This document shows, piece after piece, positions 40,191 to 48,499 of a DNA stretch of 64,000 nucleotides. Made by a program: the position numbers and the translations under genes. This DNA comes from an uncultured Acidobacteriota bacterium (GTDB taxonomy: Bacteria; Acidobacteriota; Vicinamibacteria; Vicinamibacterales; JAKQTR01). Numbering within the stretch: the stretch's first letter is position 1; the number at the start of each line of letters is the position of its first letter. The DNA is taken from contig CAWFQE010000013.1 in assembly GCA_963817885.1 (NCBI GenBank), positions 240,178 to 304,177 of the forward strand. The letters run 5' to 3'. The notes under the pieces were generated by a model. It was not told the origin of the DNA. It saw nothing but the letters and a program-made list of their open reading frames with translations, and made no database searches.

Positions 40191-41402
40191 CTACGAGGCT
40201 GGACGAGCGCGGCGCGCGCGCTCAGCCCGGCTGCGGGCCGCGTACTTCGCGAGCTCGGCCGGCATGGCGGTGTCGGCATCGGCCTGCGTCGACGCCAGCT
40301 CGAGCGTGCGGGGCACGTCCCGCAGCCGCACGACCGGCTCGCCGAGCACCTCGTAGTGCATGTTCCGGCGCTTCGGCACGAACCCCGCGTCCTCGATGTT
40401 GCGCACGATCTCGAGCTCGTCCATGCAGTAGACCGCGCCGGCCGCCCGCACGACGTTCTCTTCGATCATGACGCTGCCCATGTCGTTGGCGCCGAAGGCG
40501 AGCGACAGCTGCCCCACCTTCCCGCCCTGCGTCACCCAGGACGCCTGCACGTTCTCGACGTTGTCGAGCACCAGCCTCGAGAGCGCCAGCGTCCGGAGAT
40601 ACTCGATCGCCGTCGCCTCCTGCCCCATGAGCGCCGTGTGATCGGGCTGGTAACTCCAGCTGATGAACGCGGTGAACCCGTGTGTCTCATCCTGCAGGCC
40701 GCGAATCCGCATCATGTGTTCGATGCGCTCGGCCGGCGTTTCCACCGACCCGAACATCATCGTCGCGGTCGTCCGCAATCCGGCCTGGTGGGCCCGCCGC
40801 ATGACGTCGATCCACTCGTCGGAGGTGGCCTTGCCGTAGCAGTTGAGCAGCTTGCGGACTCGATCGACCAGGATTTCGGCGCCGCCCCCCGGAATGCTGT
40901 CGAGCCCGGCGTCAACCAGGCGGCCGATGACCTCCGTCGTCGACAGCCCCGAGAGCCGCGAGAGGTGGACGATTTCGGGCGGCGAGAGCGCATGGAGGCG
41001 GAAGGCCGGGTAGCGCTGCTTCACGGCCCGGAACACATCCTCGTACCAGGCGAGCGGCAGGTCCGGGTTGTGACCGCCCTGCATCAGCAGCTGCCCGCCG
41101 CCGAGCTCGATGGTCTCGTCGATCTTGCGGAAGATCTCGTCGAGCGCCAGCACGTAGCCTTCCGGCGAGCCGACCGGCCGGTAGAACGCGCAGAAGCTGC
41201 ACCGCGCGACACAGACGTTCGTGTAGTTGATGTTGCGATCGATGATGTAGGTGACCACCCTCTGCGGATGCATGCGCATCCGCACCTGGTGGGCAAGAGA
41301 GCCCAGCAGGCTGGTCGGGGCGTCCAGATACAGTTCCACGGCCTCGCTCGCATCGAGACGGCCGCCGGAACGTATCTTCTCTGCGCTGGACTGGATCGAC
41401 AT
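40191..41402 (-). CDS. mqnC: Cyclic dehypoxanthinyl futalosine synthase (radical SAM)
   Basis: DRNINYTNVCVARCSFCAF (CX3CX2C), QGG.NP, PGGGAEIL, QASWVTQG, GANDMGS.MIEENVV. Confidence 0.93.
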   Translation of the reverse strand: MSIQSSAEKIRSGGRLDASEAVELYLDAPTSLLGSLAHQVRMRMHPQRVVTYIIDRNINYTNVCVARCSFCAFYRPVGSPEGYVLALDEIFRKIDETIELGGGQLLMQGGHNPDLPLAWYEDVFRAVKQRYPAFRLHALSPPEIVHLSRLSGLSTTEVIGRLVDAGLDSIPGGGAEILVDRVRKLLNCYGKATSDEWIDVMRRAHQAGLRTTATMMFGSVETPAERIEHMMRIRGLQDETHGFTAFISWSYQPDHTALMGQEATAIEYLRTLALSRLVLDNVENVQASWVTQGGKVGQLSLAFGANDMGSVMIEENVVRAAGAVYCMDELEIVRNIEDAGFVPKRRNMHYEVLGEPVVRLRDVPRTLELASTQADADTAMPAELAKYAARSRAERARRARPAS

Positions 41403-41406
41403 CGTC

Positions 41407-42198
41407 TCAGAAGAATCGGGGTTCGCGGTATGCCGGCGCGAGACCGAGATCGCAGGCTTCACGGTAGAAGCGCGTCAGCCCGGCCAATTGTGGTTCGCCC
41501 AGCCCGTACTGAATATTATCGCGCAGGTAACGGGCCCCGATGGCGGACTTTCGCTCGTCTCCGCCGAAATGCAGCCGCGCCACCGCCGCGACGTCGGCCA
41601 CGCCGCCATCTCGCGCGGCGCGGAGCAGCTCGAGATCCCCGTCCTCGAGGACGCCCGGGCGCCCGAACCAGCAGGCGTACACGAACGGCAGCCCGGTCCA
41701 CGCCGTCCACTCGGCGCCCAGATCGGTTTTCTGCACGCCGGCCCGCTCGTGATCGAACAGCAGCGCGATGTCTCCGATCAGGAGCGCGGCGTCGCAACGC
41801 GCGAGCATCGCTGAGGGATCGGGCGGCAGCGTCACGAACTCTGGCGTGATCCCGAATTTCCGCGCGCAGAGCACTCGAAGCAGCGCCACCGAGGTGCGGG
41901 AACTGGCGTCGAGCGCAATCGTCCGGATCCGGTCGAGCGGCAGGGAGCCGAAAAGCGCCACGGAGGCCACCGGCCCGTTCGACCCGATGCCGATCCCCGG
42001 CACGATGCGGTAATCGGGTCCGCGCAACCCCTCGATCGAGGGAATCAGCCCGAGATCCACTTCTCCGCCTTCCAGAAGGCGCGCGCAGACCGCGGGGATG
42101 TCGAACCGGATCGAGAACCGATCGGGGTGCCGCTCGAGGCCCCAGACGTGGGGACGGGCGTTGAGATACTCGACTGCGCCGAGCCGCCGGAGATTCAT
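41407..42198 (-). CDS. mqnA: Chorismate dehydratase (futalosine pathway)
   Basis: V.YLNARP, G.VASV, SRTSV.L, LLIGD.AL, DLG.EW...TGLPFVYA.W. Confidence 0.92.
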   Translation of the reverse strand: MNLRRLGAVEYLNARPHVWGLERHPDRFSIRFDIPAVCARLLEGGEVDLGLIPSIEGLRGPDYRIVPGIGIGSNGPVASVALFGSLPLDRIRTIALDASSRTSVALLRVLCARKFGITPEFVTLPPDPSAMLARCDAALLIGDIALLFDHERAGVQKTDLGAEWTAWTGLPFVYACWFGRPGVLEDGDLELLRAARDGGVADVAAVARLHFGGDERKSAIGARYLRDNIQYGLGEPQLAGLTRFYREACDLGLAPAYREPRFF

Positions 42199-43097
42199 CG
42201 CACGATTCGCTGATAACGGCCATCGCGCTCGACAGGCTCGAGCGAGGCGGCCTTGATGTTCCTGCGCACTTCCTCGAGGGGCGCCCGCCGCGGTCCCTGG
42301 TGCGTGTCGTCGACGGCCGAGACCGCGTCGATGTCGTCGGCGCCGCAGGTCAGGGCAACCTGCGCCAGCTTGGGGCCGTATCGCGACCAGTCGACCTGGA
42401 TGGACGGCACGTTGTCCACCAGGAGACGGGTCGCCGCCACGAAGCGCACGTCCTCGTAGCCGGTGGTCGGCGAAGAGGCGTCAAATTCGCGGGGGAGCGG
42501 CGCCAGGCTCTGGATCGAGCCGAGCTCGCCCTGCAGGCTCGCCGCCAGGCGCATCAACGCCAGCCGCGAAGCGACTGGTGCAGGATGCGTGATCGTGACG
42601 CGCGCGATCGGCAGCCCGGCTTCCCGCGCGGCCAGGAACGCCGCTCGCACGTCGAGCAGTTCATCGAGCGGCGCCTCGGCCACCAGATCGAGGCCAGCGT
42701 CACGCAGCGCGCGCAGGCAGTCGACGAGCCGCGTGCCTTCCCGTTCGGCCAGGGCGGAAATGGCGGAAAGCGAGAAGGCCGACACGGGCACGCCCTTCGC
42801 AATCCCGACCACCCGCCGCACCGCGTCGACGGCCGAGCCGCAGGAGGCCGCGACGCCGACCAGCCGGATCTCTCCGGCTGCTGGAGGGGCCGCGAGCGGG
42901 CCCTCCTCAACGGGCAGGTTCACGTCAAAGACGCGGACGAACGTCGTGACGACGCCATGCTTCCGCCGCCTGGCCTCGTCGGCCAGCAGCCCGAGCGACA
43001 GGATGTCGGTGGTGGTCGCCAGCGCGTTCGCGTCGGCGTCGGAGAGCGTTTCGCCCGCGGCGGTTCTCGCCGCGAGCTCTGCGAGGGGTTCGGTCAT
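42195..43097 (-). CDS. MqnE/CofH-like protein lacking the radical-SAM CX3CX2C motif
   Basis: N-terminal DILSLGLLADEARRRKHG..TTFVR and C-terminal TTGYED...VA..RLLVDNVPSIQVDW...GPKLAQVAL..GADD...ERDG.Y; ATGA overlaps on both sides. Confidence 0.78.
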   Translation of the reverse strand: MTEPLAELAARTAAGETLSDADANALATTTDILSLGLLADEARRRKHGVVTTFVRVFDVNLPVEEGPLAAPPAAGEIRLVGVAASCGSAVDAVRRVVGIAKGVPVSAFSLSAISALAEREGTRLVDCLRALRDAGLDLVAEAPLDELLDVRAAFLAAREAGLPIARVTITHPAPVASRLALMRLAASLQGELGSIQSLAPLPREFDASSPTTGYEDVRFVAATRLLVDNVPSIQVDWSRYGPKLAQVALTCGADDIDAVSAVDDTHQGPRRAPLEEVRRNIKAASLEPVERDGRYQRIVR

Positions 43098-44572
43098 GAC
43101 CGTTTCGCGGGAGCCGGCCCGGGCTGCGGGGGCCTGGTGATTCGATTCCATATCTCGAGCGCTCGGCGCCCGGCCGCCTCGGTGGTGACCACGCGGCCGG
43201 GCCACCGACGGGAGAAGCCTTCGGACGGCCATTTCCGCGTCGCGTCGATGCCCATCTTGCTGCCATACGCCGGCAGGTCCGAGGCGTTCTCGAGGTCGTC
43301 CATCGGCCCGCGCGTGAACTGAATGTCGCGCTGCGGATCGACGTGCGTGCCGACGATCCACGCCACCTGCCGAACGTCCTGCACGTCCACGTCCTTGTCG
43401 ACCACGACCACCATCTTCGAGAACATCATCTGGCCGAGGCCCCAGCAGGCGTTCATGATCTTGCGCGCGTGGCCGGGATACCGCTTGTCGATCGAGATGA
43501 TCACGAGGTTGTGGAAGATGCCCTCCGGCGGAAAATTCATGTCGACGATCTCGGGCAGCGTCTTGCGGAGCACCGGCAGGAAGATCCGCTCGCTGGCCTT
43601 CCCGAGATACACGTCTTCCTGCGGCGGGATCCCGACCACGGTCGTGTGATAGATCGGCGCGCGCCTCAGCGTGAGGCACGTCAGGTGGAAGACCGGGAAA
43701 TCGTCGGCCAGCGAGTAGAAGCCGGTGTGATCCCCGAACGGGCCTTCACGCCGGCGCTCGCCGGGCTCGACGTAGCCCTCGAGCACGATGTTGGCGGCGG
43801 CGGGCACTTCCAGATCGACGGTCCGCGCTTTCACGAGCTCGATCCGGCGGCGGGCCAGGAACCCGGCCAGCAGCAGTTCATCCAGACCTTCGGGCATCGG
43901 CGCCGTCGCGGCATAGCAGAGGGCCGGTTCCGCACCGATTGCCACGGCAACCTCGAGCCGCCGGCCCAGACGTTCCGCGACGCGGTAATGCTGGGCGCCG
44001 CCCTTGTGCTGCTGCCAGTGCATGCCCGTCGTGCGCCCGTCGAACACCTGCATGCGATACATGCCGATGTTGCGAACGCCGGTCTCGGGATCCTTCGTGA
44101 TGACGAGCGGGAAGGTGATGTAGCGCCCGCCGTCTTCCGGCCAGGTCCGTAGAATCGGCAGCTCATCGAGCGACCCGTCCGGCCGGACGACCTCCTGGCA
44201 AGGGCCGTCCTTGACGGTCTTGGGCATCAGGTCGCGCAGCCGCCCGAGCATGGGCAGCATCTTGACCGCGTCCATCAACCCTGCGGGCATCGAGGGCGTC
44301 ATCAGCCCGTCGATCTCGGTGGCGAGGTCGTCCAGCGAGGTGACGCCGAGCGCGAGGCAGATGCGCGCCATCGATCCGAACAGGTTGGTGGCCACCGGCA
44401 TGTCGAACCCGGTCGGGCGCTGGAACAACAACGCCGGCCCGCCTTCAGGCGCCTTGCACGCCAGGTCCGTGAGGGCGGCAATCTCGAGGTCCGGACTGAC
44501 CGGCTCCTCCACGTTCGCGAGCCAGCCTCGCTTGGCCACCGCGTCGATGAACCCTCGCAGGTCGTCAGGCAT
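43094..44572 (-). CDS. UbiD-family decarboxylase (menaquinone, MqnL-like)
   Basis: GPALLF, WPEDGGRYIT, NIGMYRMQ, EGPFGDHTGFY, GSKMGIDAT. Confidence 0.93.
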   Translation of the reverse strand: MPDDLRGFIDAVAKRGWLANVEEPVSPDLEIAALTDLACKAPEGGPALLFQRPTGFDMPVATNLFGSMARICLALGVTSLDDLATEIDGLMTPSMPAGLMDAVKMLPMLGRLRDLMPKTVKDGPCQEVVRPDGSLDELPILRTWPEDGGRYITFPLVITKDPETGVRNIGMYRMQVFDGRTTGMHWQQHKGGAQHYRVAERLGRRLEVAVAIGAEPALCYAATAPMPEGLDELLLAGFLARRRIELVKARTVDLEVPAAANIVLEGYVEPGERRREGPFGDHTGFYSLADDFPVFHLTCLTLRRAPIYHTTVVGIPPQEDVYLGKASERIFLPVLRKTLPEIVDMNFPPEGIFHNLVIISIDKRYPGHARKIMNACWGLGQMMFSKMVVVVDKDVDVQDVRQVAWIVGTHVDPQRDIQFTRGPMDDLENASDLPAYGSKMGIDATRKWPSEGFSRRWPGRVVTTEAAGRRALEIWNRITRPPQPGPAPAKRS

Positions 44573-45503
44573 GTCCCATTCGCTCGGTGATGCGTTGCGC
44601 CAGCTCGACGGCGCGTCTGCCGTCCTCGGCCCCGACGCCCGGCCGGCTGCCGGTCGCGGCGCTCCTGACGAAATCCGCCAGTTCCAGCTTCAGCGGTTCG
44701 CCCGACACGACATCCATCTTGCCACCTTCGATGGTGGGACGCGCGCCGGGGTGGCGGACCAGGCGGTAGATCTCGGCTTCCTGCGTGCCGTAATCGATGG
44801 ACAGGTAGGCATCCTGCTGAAAGAACCGGATCTTCCGGACGCGGTCGCGGCTGATGCGGCTCGCCGTGATGTTCGCCACGCAGCCGGAGGCGAACCGGAG
44901 GCGCGCGTTGGCGATGTCCACCCGGCCGGTCAGCACCGGCACGCCGACCGCTTCGAGCGACACGACCTCCGAGCGCACGGCGGCGAGCACGATGTCGAGA
45001 TCGTGGATCATCAGGTCGAACACGACGTCGATGTCGAGGCTGCGCTCCGGAAACGTCCCGAGCCGGTGCACCTCGATGAAGCGCGGCTCCTGGATCGCAT
45101 GCCACGAGGCCGCCACCGCTGGATTGAAGCGCTCGGTGTGCCCGACGGCCAGAGCGGCGCCGGATTTTCGCGCCGCCGCGATGATGCGGTCCGCCTCCTC
45201 GACCGACCGCGCCAGCGGTTTCTCGACCAGCACCGGGATGCCCCGCTCGAGGAACGGGATGGCGACCTCGGCGTGCGCTTCGGTGGGCACGGCGACGGTG
45301 ACCATGTCGACCTGGTCGATCAGGCTCTCGGCGGAGATGAAGGCCCTGGTGCCGTGCGCGGCAGCGATCTCCCCCGCCCTCGCCTCGTTGAGGTCCGCCA
45401 CGCCCACCAGCGTGACGCCTTCGAGTTCCGCCATGATCCGGGCGTGGTGCCGACCGAGATGCCCGACGCCGATCACCGCCGCCCTCATTGTCCGCTCCGC
45501 CAT
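44565..45503 (-). CDS. Gfo/Idh/MocA oxidoreductase (GnnA-like)
   Basis: IGVGHLG..H, VEKP, GHTERFNPA, DVVFDLMIHDLD, ASRIS; follows lpxI. Confidence 0.85.
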   Translation of the reverse strand: MAERTMRAAVIGVGHLGRHHARIMAELEGVTLVGVADLNEARAGEIAAAHGTRAFISAESLIDQVDMVTVAVPTEAHAEVAIPFLERGIPVLVEKPLARSVEEADRIIAAARKSGAALAVGHTERFNPAVAASWHAIQEPRFIEVHRLGTFPERSLDIDVVFDLMIHDLDIVLAAVRSEVVSLEAVGVPVLTGRVDIANARLRFASGCVANITASRISRDRVRKIRFFQQDAYLSIDYGTQEAEIYRLVRHPGARPTIEGGKMDVVSGEPLKLELADFVRSAATGSRPGVGAEDGRRAVELAQRITERMGHA

Positions 45504-45508
45504 GAGTG

Positions 45509-46372
45509 TCACTTCCCCTGCTGCTCGATCGGGCGGCCGACAATCGCGATGCCCGCGCGATCGGCCGCGCGCAGGATCTCGTCGCCGTCGAGCATCAGCG
45601 TGCGGCCGGCATCGACCGACAGGACCGACGCCCGGGCCGCTTCCATGGCGCCGATGGTCGCCACGCCCACCACCGGCACGTCGAACCGCATGTCCTGCTG
45701 CGGCTTGGCCACTTTGATGACGCACACGCCGGGCCCGGCCAGCCGCCCGGCCCGCGCAATGACCTCGTCGGTGCCCTCCATGGCCTCCACCGCCACCACG
45801 GCCGAAGCCTTGACGGCGATCGTCTGACCGATGTCGAGCGCGGCGATCCTGTCCGCCATCGTGTAACCGAACGCGATGTCGGCGCGCTCGTCGTCAGTCA
45901 GCGCGCGGACGGTGAGGCCGCCCGGCCGCGCCAGCAGCGGCGAAAGGAACCTCGTCGAGTCGATCAGCTCGATGCCCCGATCGCGCAGGACGTCGGCAAT
46001 GGCCGAAATCAGCGCGTCGGTGTTCCGCGACCGAAGCCGCATCAGGACGGAGAGCAGCGTGCGATCCGGCACGATGTTCGAGAACAGCTTGGCGTGCTTC
46101 ACCTGGCCTGCCATCACGGCATGCGAGACCCCGGCTTCCCGCAGGATCTCGATCGCCCGGCCGAGCTGGCCGAGCGAGACCCAGTGCAGTTCGGCCCTGG
46201 GCTCGCGGTCGGCCTCGGCCTGGAGCTTGCCTGACGCCTCTTCCTGGACCGCGATGATCGTGACGCGATGGCCGAGGCTGCGCGCCGCCTCGAGCACGCG
46301 GAACGGGAACATCCCGTTGCCGGCGATGAGGCCGAGATGCATGCGGCCCGGCGCGGCCTGTTCACTCGTCAA
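45509..46372 (-). CDS. lpxI: UDP-2,3-diacylglucosamine diphosphatase LpxI
   Basis: [37 protein letters not shown]. Confidence 0.93.
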   Translation of the reverse strand: MTSEQAAPGRMHLGLIAGNGMFPFRVLEAARSLGHRVTIIAVQEEASGKLQAEADREPRAELHWVSLGQLGRAIEILREAGVSHAVMAGQVKHAKLFSNIVPDRTLLSVLMRLRSRNTDALISAIADVLRDRGIELIDSTRFLSPLLARPGGLTVRALTDDERADIAFGYTMADRIAALDIGQTIAVKASAVVAVEAMEGTDEVIARAGRLAGPGVCVIKVAKPQQDMRFDVPVVGVATIGAMEAARASVLSVDAGRTLMLDGDEILRAADRAGIAIVGRPIEQQGK

Positions 46373-47636
46373 TCGTGGTGTCCTCGGATCGCCGCACGGT
46401 GTGCTTCAGCACGACGCCGCGGCGGGCGCTCCTGATGAACTCGACCATGTACCGCACTTCCGCGCAGTCCAGCTCGGGATCGGCGCTGATGCGGGCCACC
46501 GCGCGCGTCGTGTTCAGCTTGGACTGCAGCAGGACCCGGTAGGCCGACTTCAGTTTGCGGACCACGTCGGGCGGAAACCCGCGCCGGACCAGCCCGATGG
46601 TGTTCAGGCTGTAGATCCGCGCCCGGTTGCCGACCGTCTTCGAATACGGCAGCACGTCCTTGGTGCACACCGAGAAACCGCCGATGAAGCCGTGCTTCCC
46701 GACCCGGCAGAACTGATGGATCCCGGAGTAGGCGCCCACGGTGGCGAAGTCGCCCACCTCGACGTGACCGGCCAGGGTCGCCCCGTTGGCGAAGATGACC
46801 TCGTCGCCGATGTGGCAGTCGTGCGCCACATGCGAGTACGCCATGAAGTAGCTCCGGTGGCCGATCGTGGTGTGGCCGCCTCCGCCCTTGGTGCCGCGGT
46901 GAATCGCGACGTGCTCGCGGAACGTGTTGCCGTTGCCGATCGACAGCCTGGTCTGCTCGCCGCGGAACTTGAGATCCTGCGGCGGCAGCCCGAACGACCC
47001 GAACGGATAGATCGTGTTGTTGTCGCCAATCTCGGTCCAGCCGTCGATGACGCACGACGCGCCAATCCGGTTGTGGCGTCCGATTCGGACGTTCGCCCCG
47101 ATGATCGTATACGGCCCGATGCTGCTGCCCGCGCCGATCTGGGCTGCCGGATGGACGATGGCGGTCGGATGCACCGTGGCCGCGGCCGCGGTCAGCGCCA
47201 TGGTCAGCTCGGCTTCCACCACGATCTGACCGTCGATCCGGCCCTCGCCCTGGACGCGCACCAGCGGGCCGCGTGTGCGGCCGGCGGTCACCTGGAGCTC
47301 CAGCCGATCGCCGGGCCCGATCTGGCGCCGGAACTTCCCGCGCCGCAGCGTGCGCAGCGCGACCCTGGCGTTGAGCATGCCGTCCTCGCCGTGGAGGAGC
47401 ATGACCGCCGAGAGCTGCGCCAGCGCGTCCATCATCAGCACGCCCGGCATGACCGGCATGCGCGGGAAGTGCCCCTGGAAGAAGTCCTCGTTGACCGAGA
47501 CGTTCTTGACGGCGCAGGCCCGGCGCCCGGGTTCGACCTCGGTGACCGCATCGATGAGGAACGCCGGATAGTGATGGGAGAACCGGCTGAGCACCGCGGG
47601 AACGTCAACTGAGAGATCGCGAGTGGTCGCAGGCAC
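46362..47636 (-). CDS. lpxA: FabZ-LpxA fusion (hotdog dehydratase domain plus UDP-GlcNAc acyltransferase)
   Basis: N-terminal H.YP...[24 protein letters not shown]; then [33 protein letters not shown]; one ORF with no internal stop. Confidence 0.9.
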   Translation of the reverse strand: MPATTRDLSVDVPAVLSRFSHHYPAFLIDAVTEVEPGRRACAVKNVSVNEDFFQGHFPRMPVMPGVLMMDALAQLSAVMLLHGEDGMLNARVALRTLRRGKFRRQIGPGDRLELQVTAGRTRGPLVRVQGEGRIDGQIVVEAELTMALTAAAATVHPTAIVHPAAQIGAGSSIGPYTIIGANVRIGRHNRIGASCVIDGWTEIGDNNTIYPFGSFGLPPQDLKFRGEQTRLSIGNGNTFREHVAIHRGTKGGGGHTTIGHRSYFMAYSHVAHDCHIGDEVIFANGATLAGHVEVGDFATVGAYSGIHQFCRVGKHGFIGGFSVCTKDVLPYSKTVGNRARIYSLNTIGLVRRGFPPDVVRKLKSAYRVLLQSKLNTTRAVARISADPELDCAEVRYMVEFIRSARRGVVLKHTVRRSEDTTIDE

Positions 47637-47656
47637 GCGTGGGTGGTCCTTTTGCA

Positions 47657-47697
47657 GAAAATCGCCAGGGCCCGCCTTCGGGAGGCAGGCCCTGGCG
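47657..47697 (-). terminator. Intrinsic terminator downstream of skp
   Basis: Long GC stem cgccagggcc...ggccctggcg followed by ATTTTC on the minus strand. Confidence 0.7.
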
Positions 47698-47734
47698 TCA
47701 TGGGAATGGCCGGGGTCCGAAGCGCGCGCGCCGG

Positions 47735-48412
47735 CTAGTTCTTGGGCGCCGGTGTGGGCGCCTTCGGCTTGGCCGCCGACGCGTCGAATCGCCGGATGAG
47801 CTCGGCGGTCAGGTCCAGTCCCGGATCGGCCCAGACAATGCCGCTGTCGGTCTGGCTGAAGAGGATCATCAGGCCCTTCTCGACCGCCAGCTGCTGGACG
47901 ATCGGCCCGAGCTTGCGCTGGAATTCCAGCTGCAGCTCGTTCTGCAGGTCCTGCAACTCGGTCTGGGCATCCTGCGTCATGCGCTGGATGTCGACCTGGG
48001 CCTTTTCGATCTCGCGCTGAATCTGCGCCTGGGCGTCGGCGGCGAGCACCGAGCTCGTGAGTTTCTTCTGGTTCGCCTCGACCTGCCGATTCTTCTCGGC
48101 GAGCTCACTGGCCTTCTTCGTGCGAAGAGCCTCCAACCTTGACGTCGATGCCTTCCCCTCGACCGAGTTCCCGGCGATAGCCTGGATATTGATGTATGCG
48201 TATTTCGCGCCTTCAGGGAACTTGGCAGCCGGGGCGGGCGGGGTCGCCGGCTGTGCCGGGGCCTGCGCCGCAGGGGGCGTTGCTGGCGGCACCTGCGGGG
48301 CCGCTGGCTTGGGGACCGGGGGCTTCTGCACGGGAGGCTGCTGTTGTGCGGATGCCAGGCCGGCGATCAAAATCACGCCGAGCAATGTTGAGGCTACCGT
48401 AGAAACTTTCAT
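47735..48412 (-). CDS. skp: Skp/OmpH periplasmic chaperone
   Basis: Signal peptide, Pro/Ala linker, YAYINIQ, coiled coil, DLTAELI; follows bamA. Confidence 0.88.
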   Translation of the reverse strand: MKVSTVASTLLGVILIAGLASAQQQPPVQKPPVPKPAAPQVPPATPPAAQAPAQPATPPAPAAKFPEGAKYAYINIQAIAGNSVEGKASTSRLEALRTKKASELAEKNRQVEANQKKLTSSVLAADAQAQIQREIEKAQVDIQRMTQDAQTELQDLQNELQLEFQRKLGPIVQQLAVEKGLMILFSQTDSGIVWADPGLDLTAELIRRFDASAAKPKAPTPAPKN

Positions 48413-48499
48413 GCGTCGATTCCCTTTCCTCTGAATCCGGATCGTTCTTGTCGAGCGGCCGCCCCGGTCCGGCTCCAGCGCCGCGCTACAGTATGGTCG

